In this document: piece by piece, positions 1 to 9,192 of the stretch
How the letters are laid out: every line of letters begins with the position of its first letter
Position numbering within the stretch: the first letter of the stretch is position 1
Source of the DNA: a virus
Direction: 5' to 3' (one strand)
Length of the DNA: 64,000 nucleotides
Virus record (IMG/VR): IMGVR_UViG_3300009155_000048
Location: 1 to 64,000 of that record
Translations under genes and position numbers: made by a program
Notes under the pieces: generated by a model
What the model was told of the DNA's origin: nothing
What the model saw: the letters and a program-made list of their open reading frames with translations, nothing else
Database searches by the model: none

Positions 1-2
1 CT

Positions 3-128
3 ACTTGGGAATCAGAATTTGGCAGTAGAACACCAAACACAACCGAAAAAATGGAATTTTATCATCAGATGAGAGAAGCTGGGTTTGATGGTATGGTTAT
101 ATTAGACACATTAAAAGATAAAATATAA
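3..128 (+). CDS. 3' end of a hypothetical protein (partial, starts before window)
   Basis: Open frame TWESEFGSRT...DTLKDKI* ending at TAA 126-128. Confidence 0.6.
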   Translation, partial: TWESEFGSRTPNTTEKMEFYHQMREAGFDGMVILDTLKDKI

Positions 129-138
129 AAGCATAATT

Positions 139-672
139 ATGAAGAAATTCACAGATTTTAATAATTTCAAAAAGTTATATGAACAAGAAATTACACTTGG
201 TCAAACCACAAATACCGAGGAAACAACATCTACTCCTACACAAGAAGTAGAACAACTAACTGCACAAACCAAAACTGATGAAGTAACAAAATCAGAGCCA
301 GCTAAATTCCTTTCTAAATTATTAGAAAGTAGAGAAATAGCTCAAGTTTATCACTGGCAAGTAAAAGGTGATGAGGGTTCACACTCAGCTCACGTAGCTC
401 TTGCTGAGTACTATGACGAGATAATTGAACTTATTGACGAACTAGTCGAAGTTTATCAAGGACAATATGATCTAATTGATGAATATGATGTAATTGATAC
501 TAAAGAAACAAAAACTAAAGACAAAATTGAATACTTTCAAGAAGTAGTTCAATTTATTAAAGATACTAGATACAAAGCAATATTAGAAGAAGATACACAT
601 TTACAAAATACAATTGATGAAGTAGTTTCAACTATTTATAGATTGTTATACAAATTAAGATTCAATAGATAA
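139..672 (+). CDS. Dps/ferritin-like four-helix-bundle protein (DUF5856-like) with N-terminal capsid-targeting-like peptide
   Basis: HWQVKG...H.AL.EYYD.I.E.ID.L.E motif resembling the Dps ferroxidase region. Confidence 0.7.
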   Translation: MKKFTDFNNFKKLYEQEITLGQTTNTEETTSTPTQEVEQLTAQTKTDEVTKSEPAKFLSKLLESREIAQVYHWQVKGDEGSHSAHVALAEYYDEIIELIDELVEVYQGQYDLIDEYDVIDTKETKTKDKIEYFQEVVQFIKDTRYKAILEEDTHLQNTIDEVVSTIYRLLYKLRFNR

Positions 673-738
673 TGGAAATCAGAAAATAAGTTTCAAGTTC
701 TTTACTTTGAACAAACTTATTTCTAAACAAGATAAAAT

Positions 739-1212
739 TTACTTTAGAAGAGTGTCTATTTTTACATCACGTAAATATGACACTCTTTCTCTTTTGTATG
801 TATCTATAGCATTTCCCCAATTTGGATTTATAGAAGGACTTGCACTATTTAAAGTTAATTGATCATAATATAATCTTAATAAATTACTACCTTCTATAAT
901 TAAATCCTCACCATGTAAATCCATTTGTTGTAAAAATTGACCAGTAGCATTATAAACCACAACAACAACTGAAAACATATCTCTTTTACAACCCTTTAAA
1001 TTATAGTCAAAGAAAACATCATCATATTGAATCTCAATATACTTTTTTTGTGGAGTAGGACCATACATTCTTTTTGACTCTTTATAAGAACTAGTGTTTA
1101 CTTCTTCTTTAAGATTCATATCAATAATAGAATCATCTTCTATTACCATAAAATATGGTTCACTAAAAAGATAAACTTCATAGTAATATTCTGATCTTGG
1201 CTTACTTTGCAT
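739..1212 (-). CDS. Degenerate tail-tube (gp19)-like protein with C-terminal RDVKIDTLLK tail
   Basis: YKESKRMYG.P and G.K.D...VVVYNATG segments resemble jumbo-phage tail tube proteins (from memory); shared tail motif. Confidence 0.45.
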   Translation of the reverse strand: MQSKPRSEYYYEVYLFSEPYFMVIEDDSIIDMNLKEEVNTSSYKESKRMYGPTPQKKYIEIQYDDVFFDYNLKGCKRDMFSVVVVVYNATGQFLQQMDLHGEDLIIEGSNLLRLYYDQLTLNSASPSINPNWGNAIDTYKRERVSYLRDVKIDTLLK

Positions 1213-1408
1213 TTTCTAAAACCTTTTTAATTTTCTTAGACCTTCTTTGTTGTTTGGTTTCTAAGATACCATATCTACTTTTAAGAACACTTTTGGGATT
1301 GAAATTTGAGTCTATTACAATAGGCTCGGATTCTTTAATAATATATGGAGCCCAAACATATCCAGGTTCAATACCTTTTCCTTTTTTACCAATTAAAACT
1401 CTATCCAT
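1202..1408 (-). CDS. Mini-protein: C-terminal fragment of major capsid protein plus basic tail
   Basis: 17/49 ungapped identities to MCP segment NRIVIGRK...RSRYAVAE encoded in this window. Confidence 0.8.
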   Translation of the reverse strand: MDRVLIGKKGKGIEPGYVWAPYIIKESEPIVIDSNFNPKSVLKSRYGILETKQQRRSKKIKKVLENAK

Positions 1409-1429
1409 ATTTTATTATATGAAAAAAGA

Positions 1430-1738
1430 TTAGTAAAGATACTTTCTACCACTCTCATTATAATCTTTGAGATTATTAACGGTTGTATCTAAAAGTGATA
1501 AAGTATCTGATATTTTAGAATTAATAGATTCTAAGCTAGCTACTGAATCATCAATCTGGTCGTTAGACTTTTTAGATTTACTTCTAAAGTTAGATAATTC
1601 ATTTGTTAAAGATATAATCTCTTCTTTTTTAGCATCAATTGTTGATGATATGTTAGCTAACTGATTAATAATTTCAGAAACTCTATCATTTGAGATATCT
1701 ACGGTTTCATCTGCTTCAAAGAATTTTCTAATCTTCAT
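1430..1738 (-). CDS. Coiled-coil hypothetical protein with capsid-targeting-like N-terminus
   Basis: MKIRKFFEA start; heptad pattern. Confidence 0.6.
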   Translation of the reverse strand: MKIRKFFEADETVDISNDRVSEIINQLANISSTIDAKKEEIISLTNELSNFRSKSKKSNDQIDDSVASLESINSKISDTLSLLDTTVNNLKDYNESGRKYLY

Positions 1739-1777
1739 AATTAAGGTTTAATTTTTAATATATAGTATATATAAAAT

Positions 1778-2458
1778 ATGAAACGCAACAAACTAATATT
1801 AGAATTTACTGAGTTCAATGCTCAAAGAATGAATCCAGATTCAGCACAAATGGCTGTACAAGTTGATAATCCACAATTATCAGTCAATGCTTTTGATAGA
1901 CATGAAGACGCAATTAGAGCTGGTGTTTCTAGAATTAATAATATCTTGCATTCTTTATCAAATAGTGCTTCATTTAGAACATTGAAATCTAAATTTGCCT
2001 TAGAAGAACAAAAAATTACATCATTAAAAGTACTTAGAATTGTAAGTGCTGATGATGTTAACTATGATATTTATGTTAGTTTTGTAATTGATGATGAAGA
2101 ATATTTTGGTGTTATTGAAAATATTTTAACAAATGATACCATATTCAAATCTGAAGTATTTAAAGACTTTGACTTAGTTCAAAGTAAAGAATGGATTATC
2201 AGAACAAAGGGATTAATTATTAAAACACTTAAAAAGTGGTTACAACCCGAAGAAGGAAAATATACCTTAATTAATGATTATATCATTTGTTACTCAGTTG
2301 ATACCGGTAGAATGGTTCGTTTAGAAAAGGGAACTAAAGTAGAATTAGTAAGAGCATATGATAATAAGATTGTTATAAAATATAACAATGATTATTATAA
2401 CTTAGTTAATAATAATTTTATCTATTTTAATTATTGGTTTGAGAAGGTGATAATTTGA
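1778..2458 (+). CDS. Hypothetical protein (possible virion protein)
   Basis: 226-aa ORF downstream of TAATATATA motif; ILEFTEFN N-terminus. Confidence 0.6.
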   Translation: MKRNKLILEFTEFNAQRMNPDSAQMAVQVDNPQLSVNAFDRHEDAIRAGVSRINNILHSLSNSASFRTLKSKFALEEQKITSLKVLRIVSADDVNYDIYVSFVIDDEEYFGVIENILTNDTIFKSEVFKDFDLVQSKEWIIRTKGLIIKTLKKWLQPEEGKYTLINDYIICYSVDTGRMVRLEKGTKVELVRAYDNKIVIKYNNDYYNLVNNNFIYFNYWFEKVII

Positions 2459-2474
2459 GATGAGTTATTTATAT

Positions 2475-4130
2475 TTAACCAAAAAACTCTCCACCTCCAG
2501 ATCCACTACCTACAGTAGTCTCTCCAGCAACATAAGTTATACTTCCCGAAAAAGTAATATTATCTCTAGAAACATCTCTATATCTTGTTCCATTATTTCC
2601 ACCAGAATCAACATATGGTACAAATTGAACATAAAAATCACCGGTATGTGAAACTAATCCAGCTGTATCTACAAATACAGCCATTGCCGCAGGTCCATAA
2701 ACTGCATTTCCACTCCAACCACCAGAACCAACACCATATGATGTGTTTACTGGTCTGAATCTTTGTCCACTCAATCTTATTACCCATCCGTAGAAAGATC
2801 CAGTACTACCATTATATTGAATAGGGTTTCCTCTTGTTATAACAATAGATAAATGAACTAATGCACCAACTCTATACGCCTTTGCTGTATATGTTATCCC
2901 ACCGCTACTGAAACTATCTGTTAGTATTCCGAAAGTACCATCCACTGAATAATAAAGATAAGTAAGAGGTGAACTTAAATTAGTAACATCTTCATAATTA
3001 GTAATGCTTCCATTAGTTGATACTATATTACTCGTAGTACTAATTGTACCACTTACCAAAACATTAGTATTAAAAGTAGAAGTGTTACTATTAATAACTG
3101 CTTTAGTTGAACTATTTATTAAAAAATTATAACTACTTGCTGATGCTGATATAGAGTTAGAACTAGCACTAAATTGAGCACCACCTCCGGTAAATATAAA
3201 TTTATCACTTATTGTATTTACTGAAGTAACATTGGAAGTAGATCTAATTGACCCACTAACATCTAACTTATAAGATGGTGATGGTAAGGTAGTATTGATA
3301 CCAACATTTCCAGTACTTGATAAATACAAAGAATCCACAAAAGTTCCAGCTGGATCATTTGGCTTTCTATTTAAGAATCTTATCTCACCATCAGCCTGTC
3401 CGATTCTAGAAGAACCTTTAGTTGAGTCAAAAACAAAGTCATCACTATCATAATACCAGTTATATGCGATAATTGCATTTCCACCTTTGTGGATTGTTAA
3501 TGGCAAAGATTGACCAACATATGAAACCGGATAAGAACCAATCTGAATAGATTCTTTTGGATTATTTGTTCCAAAACCAATCGCACCAGATGGTGTTATT
3601 CTCATTCTTTCTGCAACCGAAACGGCAGAACCATCACCAGTACCAAATGCTAAACCACCTTCATTTCCATTTGTATCCGATGGATTATATGATATATAAG
3701 GACCATCTGTCCAAGATCCACCCGATGTTTTCCATCTAAACTGATTTTTAACTTCAACTGTTGTCCAATCAGGAGAACCAGTAGTAGTGTGTCTATTAAA
3801 TTGTGAAGATAATGATATATTACTACTTCCACTAGTAGATGATAAAAATAAAATATTTGACTTATTATTAAGTGTAGCACCAACAACACCAGTATCAACA
3901 TATGTATCACCAACTAAGCTACCGCTACCACCATAAATACCACCAGACTCTTGTGACCAAGTTGCACCATCCCAAAGATATGTTTTCTTGTTATCAGTTT
4001 GATAAACTTTCATACCTTCATATTTCCAAGTAATGCTAGACCTTGACACGGAACTAGTTGCTACTAATCTTGAATCAAGTGGAATGCTTTGATTTACGTC
4101 ATAATTGGAATTTATTAATATACCAGCCAT
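2475..4130 (-). CDS. Tail fibre/virion appendage-like protein
   Basis: S/T/G-rich; GAIGFGTNNP and GNVGINTTLP..YKLDVSGSI repeats typical of fibre proteins. Confidence 0.65.
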   Translation of the reverse strand: MAGILINSNYDVNQSIPLDSRLVATSSVSRSSITWKYEGMKVYQTDNKKTYLWDGATWSQESGGIYGGSGSLVGDTYVDTGVVGATLNNKSNILFLSSTSGSSNISLSSQFNRHTTTGSPDWTTVEVKNQFRWKTSGGSWTDGPYISYNPSDTNGNEGGLAFGTGDGSAVSVAERMRITPSGAIGFGTNNPKESIQIGSYPVSYVGQSLPLTIHKGGNAIIAYNWYYDSDDFVFDSTKGSSRIGQADGEIRFLNRKPNDPAGTFVDSLYLSSTGNVGINTTLPSPSYKLDVSGSIRSTSNVTSVNTISDKFIFTGGGAQFSASSNSISASASSYNFLINSSTKAVINSNTSTFNTNVLVSGTISTTSNIVSTNGSITNYEDVTNLSSPLTYLYYSVDGTFGILTDSFSSGGITYTAKAYRVGALVHLSIVITRGNPIQYNGSTGSFYGWVIRLSGQRFRPVNTSYGVGSGGWSGNAVYGPAAMAVFVDTAGLVSHTGDFYVQFVPYVDSGGNNGTRYRDVSRDNITFSGSITYVAGETTVGSGSGGGEFFG

Positions 4131-4145
4131 TTTTAATATTTATTT

Positions 4146-5774
4146 TTATGCAAATTTGAATGTCCAAGCTCCATAAGGTGTTGGTAAATTTGTAGTAGCA
4201 GGAGCAATTCCCAAACTACCATTATATATGTAAAATTTATAACTCTTTCCTGTCCATACACCCGAAGAACCAGCGGGAGCATTGACACCGGTAATAACCC
4301 ACTTAGTGAACGCATTAAAAATATTATTATTGGTGTGGTCTCTAATTTCAACTAAATCTGGAAAATCAGATGGATATCCAAAATAAATATATTTATTACT
4401 TCCAGAAAAATTAACAGTTTTATTAAAAGATGAATTAACCGAAGTAGCTGGTTCTGTAATAAGTGGTGTTAATTTATCAGTCACAATTGTTGTTGTAGAT
4501 GGATTTAATATATTAATAATAGTAGATGTTGTGTGTGATACAGTTGCTGTTCCATAGTACCAAGGAATAACTGTTTTAATAGTTGTTGGCGATGTTCTTG
4601 TTGTTACTGCATCTGTTATTGTGGTTACCCAATTAGTAGAATTATATGACGCAGTACCACTCAAGGATGCCGGAACAGTTACATTAACAAATCCAGTTGT
4701 TGTTCCAGTTGTAATTGATCCGACAACTGGTAAACTACCGACATATGCACCACCAGTTATACTAATTGTTGTTATTGAGTATGTCGCTGCACTTCTATTT
4801 ATTGTATAGTTAAGCTTCGCATTACTGATTAAAGCTGAATTACCAGCTTCAAATATAATTGTAGAAGCAGGTGAGATACCAGTTGTCTGTACAGTAGTAG
4901 CTAATGTTGGTGCAACATATGGATACAAAATTCTTCTAATCATTTCTACTACCGGAACATTACTAAATGTTGCACCTACTGGAATTGAACCAACTGCAGA
5001 TGGTATTGGAGTAGCATCTGTGAAGTTAATATTTTGACCATTGAGTAAAACCGGACTACCACTTATTGATACTGTTCCAGCTGAAATAAGAGAAGCTGAT
5101 GTGGATTGAGTGGCAACTGCTTCCCAAACCACCAATGGTGTTCCACCTGGATTTCTATAAGTTAAAACATAACCATCTGTAACTGATTGATTTTCAGTAT
5201 ATGTAGGAAAAACAACTCCATTTAAAGAGATGTTTCCATTATCACTTTTAATGTTAATATCACCACCTGATTTAGTTAATCCAACTTGGACATAAGAAGA
5301 GTTTCCTATTTCAAAGTTTAAGTAAGTGCCATTAGCCGTAGTAACAACTTTAGATTGCAAAAATGGAGAACTAACATCACCACCTTGGAAATTAGAGCCA
5401 GTGCCAGCCAAAATTGCAATTTTGGTATCATAGTTACTAGTTGGTTCAGTTCTTGTATTATAAAAGAAAATATCAACATCAGTGCTATTTGCCAATAAAT
5501 TACTGTTCATGATGTATTGACCATTTGCAGTCTTTTTACCTAAAAATATTTTACTTTGAATGTCATTTTGATCAATACCAATATAACTAGTTCCAAAACT
5601 AGGAATAGTGGTTGGTTTAAATATAGAATTTTCCCAAACAGTATAAACCGAATCTCTTATATCCTTTGGTAAAATTGCTTTAGATGTATTATCAGGCAAT
5701 ACACTTAAAACTTCAGTTATGTCTGTTAATTTAGTTGCATCTGTTGGTGGATTTCCAATACTATAAGTAGCCAT
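4146..5774 (-). CDS. Virion structural protein (beta-rich, T/S/G-rich); probable start ATG 5774
   Basis: Composition, adjacency to fibre gene, TAATATATA just upstream of MATYSIG. Confidence 0.6.
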   Translation of the reverse strand: MATYSIGNPPTDATKLTDITEVLSVLPDNTSKAILPKDIRDSVYTVWENSIFKPTTIPSFGTSYIGIDQNDIQSKIFLGKKTANGQYIMNSNLLANSTDVDIFFYNTRTEPTSNYDTKIAILAGTGSNFQGGDVSSPFLQSKVVTTANGTYLNFEIGNSSYVQVGLTKSGGDINIKSDNGNISLNGVVFPTYTENQSVTDGYVLTYRNPGGTPLVVWEAVATQSTSASLISAGTVSISGSPVLLNGQNINFTDATPIPSAVGSIPVGATFSNVPVVEMIRRILYPYVAPTLATTVQTTGISPASTIIFEAGNSALISNAKLNYTINRSAATYSITTISITGGAYVGSLPVVGSITTGTTTGFVNVTVPASLSGTASYNSTNWVTTITDAVTTRTSPTTIKTVIPWYYGTATVSHTTSTIINILNPSTTTIVTDKLTPLITEPATSVNSSFNKTVNFSGSNKYIYFGYPSDFPDLVEIRDHTNNNIFNAFTKWVITGVNAPAGSSGVWTGKSYKFYIYNGSLGIAPATTNLPTPYGAWTFKFA

Positions 5775-5836
5775 TAATATATTCTGCTTTTTCTTATATA
5801 TTAAAATCCCAATCGCCAATTTAATATATAATCTAC

Positions 5837-6781
5837 ATGAAAAATATCAAATCATATCAACTATTCTTAGAAGATAAAAAAGTAGAGGCAAGTAAATCTA
5901 CAAGAGAAGTTATTATTCAATTTTTAATCACACAAGAAAGAATATCTGGATTATACTTTCGTGATTTTGACTTAATTGAAGATGACAACGGTAGAGAAAA
6001 GTTTATTATTGCTTACACACAAGATGGACCAAATGGTGAAAAACCACTAATGGATAAAATAGTTTTTGATATTATAGATTATTATACCTGGGGATTAGAA
6101 AGTAAGTATGATAAAGGTGACTATGAATTTGATAATACTTGGAGAAATCCTAAAACTAAACCTTTAGAAACAGCCATTAAAGACATGAAGTCAAACATAC
6201 TTCGTCAAATAATTTTTAATGATCCATCAAAAAAATTAGCAGAACCAAATAATGATGATAAAAAACTAATTGATAAGATTTTTGATAAAAATAATGTTTG
6301 GGAAATTTGTAAAAGTAAGGTCACTTCAATTATGAATTCAATCAATAAATATGATATTGAAGAAATTGAAGATAGGTTGGTAGAATATCACGATGAGTTA
6401 ATTGGATGGGAATTGATGATAATGTTTGCTTGGAATTACAAACAAAGTTGGCATGGACTTAAATCAGACTATATCATTGATGACCAAACTTGTAGATTAA
6501 TATGGGATGCCTTCTATGAAATGAATAAACCATATGAGAAAGCCACATTTGAAGAATTCATAAAAAATGTAAAGCCTTGTATTTATATAAACTTTGAAGA
6601 TGAAAGCCACAGAAGTCCAAAAAGATTATCACAGGTTGAACCAATAGGATTCAAAATTGGCAAAAGATTTGAACAATTATATGATGTTGAAGAAGTTAAA
6701 TATCCATATTATCCAAATACAAGAAGATTTGATGATGAATCAGATATATCTGATTACCAAATGACTATTATTATAAAATAA
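5837..6781 (+). CDS. Hypothetical protein with capsid-targeting-like N-terminus
   Basis: MKNIKSYQLFLED; TAATATATA at 5822. Confidence 0.6.
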   Translation: MKNIKSYQLFLEDKKVEASKSTREVIIQFLITQERISGLYFRDFDLIEDDNGREKFIIAYTQDGPNGEKPLMDKIVFDIIDYYTWGLESKYDKGDYEFDNTWRNPKTKPLETAIKDMKSNILRQIIFNDPSKKLAEPNNDDKKLIDKIFDKNNVWEICKSKVTSIMNSINKYDIEEIEDRLVEYHDELIGWELMIMFAWNYKQSWHGLKSDYIIDDQTCRLIWDAFYEMNKPYEKATFEEFIKNVKPCIYINFEDESHRSPKRLSQVEPIGFKIGKRFEQLYDVEEVKYPYYPNTRRFDDESDISDYQMTIIIK

Positions 6782-6810
6782 AAAATCCTCAAATTTCTTT
6801 GAGGATTCTT
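6781..6810. terminator. Bidirectional intrinsic terminator-like hairpin
   Basis: AATCCTCAAA-tttc-TTTGAGGATT between convergent genes. Confidence 0.65.
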
Positions 6811-6944
6811 TCTATCTTCCACTTTCTACTTTTAATTTTCCACTTAGTGAACTCTTTACTATAAATTTGTTCATCATAGATTCGACCACCGTGTGTTTTT
6901 TGATTAAACTGAACAATCACACCTTCAAGGATATATCTATCCAT
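6789..6944 (-). CDS. Unannotated 51-aa mini-protein: N-terminal fragment of prohead protease plus SRKWKIERILKEI tail
   Basis: MDRYILEGVIVQFNQKTHGGRIY... has 9/21 identities to gp21 DYILGGIFTEFGVKNRNERIY; TAATG coupling to upstream gene. Confidence 0.75.
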   Translation of the reverse strand: MDRYILEGVIVQFNQKTHGGRIYDEQIYSKEFTKWKIKSRKWKIERILKEI

Positions 6945-7342
6945 TAACTAAATAAGAATTCAATTTTAATTAAATCTTTGATTTTAGCAGTTGTTAAATT
7001 TAATTCATCAAAGTTTACCTTTTCATATTCAATAGTATTTTCAATACTCATTAAATCAAACATTTCTTTGTTAAAGGATTCAACATCTGAAATTCTAACA
7101 GCTCCAGGAATTGAATTTCCATTTTCATCTTGAGCCTGAATTGGATTTCCTTGCTCATCTTTTTCTAAATACTTATCAAAAATCTTCTTTTCTAATTTTA
7201 ATTTGTCCTCAACTAAAGAAGAAACCTCTTTGATAATTCTCATAAGTCTGAAAGCCAACTTTGCATTGATGTCCATATCAATCAACTCATTCAAAGCTGC
7301 AACTGTTTCATTATTCAATTGTGAATTTTTAATTACAATCAT
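6944..7342 (-). CDS. Hypothetical protein
   Basis: 132-aa ORF coupled to downstream mini-gene. Confidence 0.6.
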   Translation of the reverse strand: MIVIKNSQLNNETVAALNELIDMDINAKLAFRLMRIIKEVSSLVEDKLKLEKKIFDKYLEKDEQGNPIQAQDENGNSIPGAVRISDVESFNKEMFDLMSIENTIEYEKVNFDELNLTTAKIKDLIKIEFLFS

Positions 7343-7359
7343 TTTATTTAAATTATTTT

Positions 7360-8079
7360 TTATACTTTATTATATATCATTTTATCCTCAATTTGTTTAA
7401 CTCTATCCAATGAAATATTATAATACTTTTCATCTCTTTCTATTAAAATATAACCTCTGTTTACTTTTAAAGAAGCAACCGCTGTTGTACCACTACCACC
7501 AAATGAATCTAATACAACATCATTTTCATTTGTATGTTTTTCTATAATTGACTTAAATAGTTCTAATGGTTTTTGAGTTGGATGTTCAGTTCTTTCTTTT
7601 CCATGACAAAGTGGGAAATTATAAATACCCTTATCATATTGAGAATTAAATGTCGGGTTCTTGCCTTTTGTGAAAGTGAAAAAGAATTCAATTGCATTTG
7701 ATAAGTAATTTATCTTAGAGTTAATAGGAGTTGGATTGTTTTTAACCCACTGACAGACTCTTGGTTGTCTAAATCCCCACTTCTCAGCTAATTCTTTTAA
7801 TATATCACATTTCCAAACATCATAAAAGATAATAAGAGTTCCACCTGGTTTTAATATTCTTTTATATTCACTAAATAACAAATCAAAGTTAATTTCTTCT
7901 TTATCCCATTCACCAAAGTCAATACTAATCTTATTGAACTTAGTGTTGTCCGAATTTTTAGTGAAATTAGAATTTTTAGAAATTTGATAAGGTGGATCAG
8001 TTAGTATTAGGTCAATAGAGTTCTTTGGTATTGTTTTTAAAACTTCAAAGCAGTCTCCTAATATAATTTGATTCGTCAT
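7360..8079 (-). CDS. DNA methyltransferase, N6-A/N4-C class (beta group)
   Basis: DLILTDPPY, HPTQKP, VLDSFGGSGTT motifs. Confidence 0.92.
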   Translation of the reverse strand: MTNQIILGDCFEVLKTIPKNSIDLILTDPPYQISKNSNFTKNSDNTKFNKISIDFGEWDKEEINFDLLFSEYKRILKPGGTLIIFYDVWKCDILKELAEKWGFRQPRVCQWVKNNPTPINSKINYLSNAIEFFFTFTKGKNPTFNSQYDKGIYNFPLCHGKERTEHPTQKPLELFKSIIEKHTNENDVVLDSFGGSGTTAVASLKVNRGYILIERDEKYYNISLDRVKQIEDKMIYNKV

Positions 8080-8123
8080 AATTTATATATAATACAAACA
8101 TGACCTTCCCTATTAATTATTTC

Positions 8124-8888
8124 CTAATCTTTCCAGATTGCTTCTAAATCAAGTTTAGACTTAACATCAACTACTCTACCATTTATTTGTAGTGAGTAAC
8201 TAACAACTCCCATAAATTCCTTAACTATCTTTCTAATTTTATCTTGTTCAGATGGATCTAAATCAAAATTAAAAATAGTTACTAAGTTTTCAATTTCCGA
8301 AAAAGTTAAATTATTCTTATTGCCAACAAAGAAAAGAAAATCATAATTATAAGAATTCCATTTTTTAGCATCTACATCACCTGATTTTAATACTAAAAAA
8401 TTTGTTAAACAATTTTCAATTCCAATAGAAGGCATTGAGAATCTATAATTATCAATAACAATCTCACCATTCTTTTTATCTACTTCATACTTATCAAAAT
8501 TGAAATAATTGAAAGTTTTATTACTAAATTCAATCAAATCTGGCTTACCCATCTCATCATTAAAGAATGGAATCCTAATAGTTTTATTCATAGTTAATTT
8601 AACTATTTCTAAAAATATAAAAATAATATCAACACTTTTGATGTCTTCAAACTTATAGTTTTTACTAAATTGAGTATTTGATGATACAATCTTTTTAACA
8701 GACTCAATTACCATATAAAGATTATCTTTATCATAGTTATACTCATAATCTATAATATCTTCTACATCAGCCTTTTTTATTCTTAGTTCAAAATCTGGCT
8801 TATAGAATAATCCTTGTGATGGCAAACTAAAAGTTTCAATCTTTTTGGTCTGTGATAAAAGACCTCTCATTATTTCAACAATACCCAT
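8124..8888 (-). CDS. Baseplate hub gp26-like protein; probable start ATG 8888
   Basis: LPSQGLFY and DIIFIFLEIV motifs resembling T4 gp26 family. Confidence 0.55.
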   Translation of the reverse strand: MGIVEIMRGLLSQTKKIETFSLPSQGLFYKPDFELRIKKADVEDIIDYEYNYDKDNLYMVIESVKKIVSSNTQFSKNYKFEDIKSVDIIFIFLEIVKLTMNKTIRIPFFNDEMGKPDLIEFSNKTFNYFNFDKYEVDKKNGEIVIDNYRFSMPSIGIENCLTNFLVLKSGDVDAKKWNSYNYDFLFFVGNKNNLTFSEIENLVTIFNFDLDPSEQDKIRKIVKEFMGVVSYSLQINGRVVDVKSKLDLEAIWKD

Positions 8889-8958
8889 ATATGTGATTAT
8901 TATTTTTAAGTATATATTATCAAGTACTATTTCTATCTCAATAAAAAACATCAGATAA

Positions 8959-9192
8959 GATAAAGATCATGACTATTATGATGGTGAATTAATAAAAGAT
9001 AATTTTAATCTAAATTATAATAATGAAAATTATCCAACAATAGATCATAAGATCTCTATTCAACATGGATTCTTAAATGAAATTGACCCTTCTATTATAG
9101 GAGGTTTGGAGAACTTATGTATAACAAAAAGGTCAATTAACATATACAAGAATAAATTAACAGAAGAGCAATTTATAAGGAAATTGAATTAA
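8959..9192 (+). pseudogene. Start-less C-terminal remnant of an HNH homing endonuclease
   Basis: DYYDGELIKDNF...YPTIDHKISIQHGF...ENLCITKRSIN; preceded by in-frame TAA, no ATG. Confidence 0.7.

Noticed and set aside
7360-8079. Restriction-modification system
   Set aside because: Neither methyltransferase has a recognisable cognate restriction enzyme beside it; the nuclease next to the Dam-like gene looks like a homing HNH. Orphan MTases are common in large phages.
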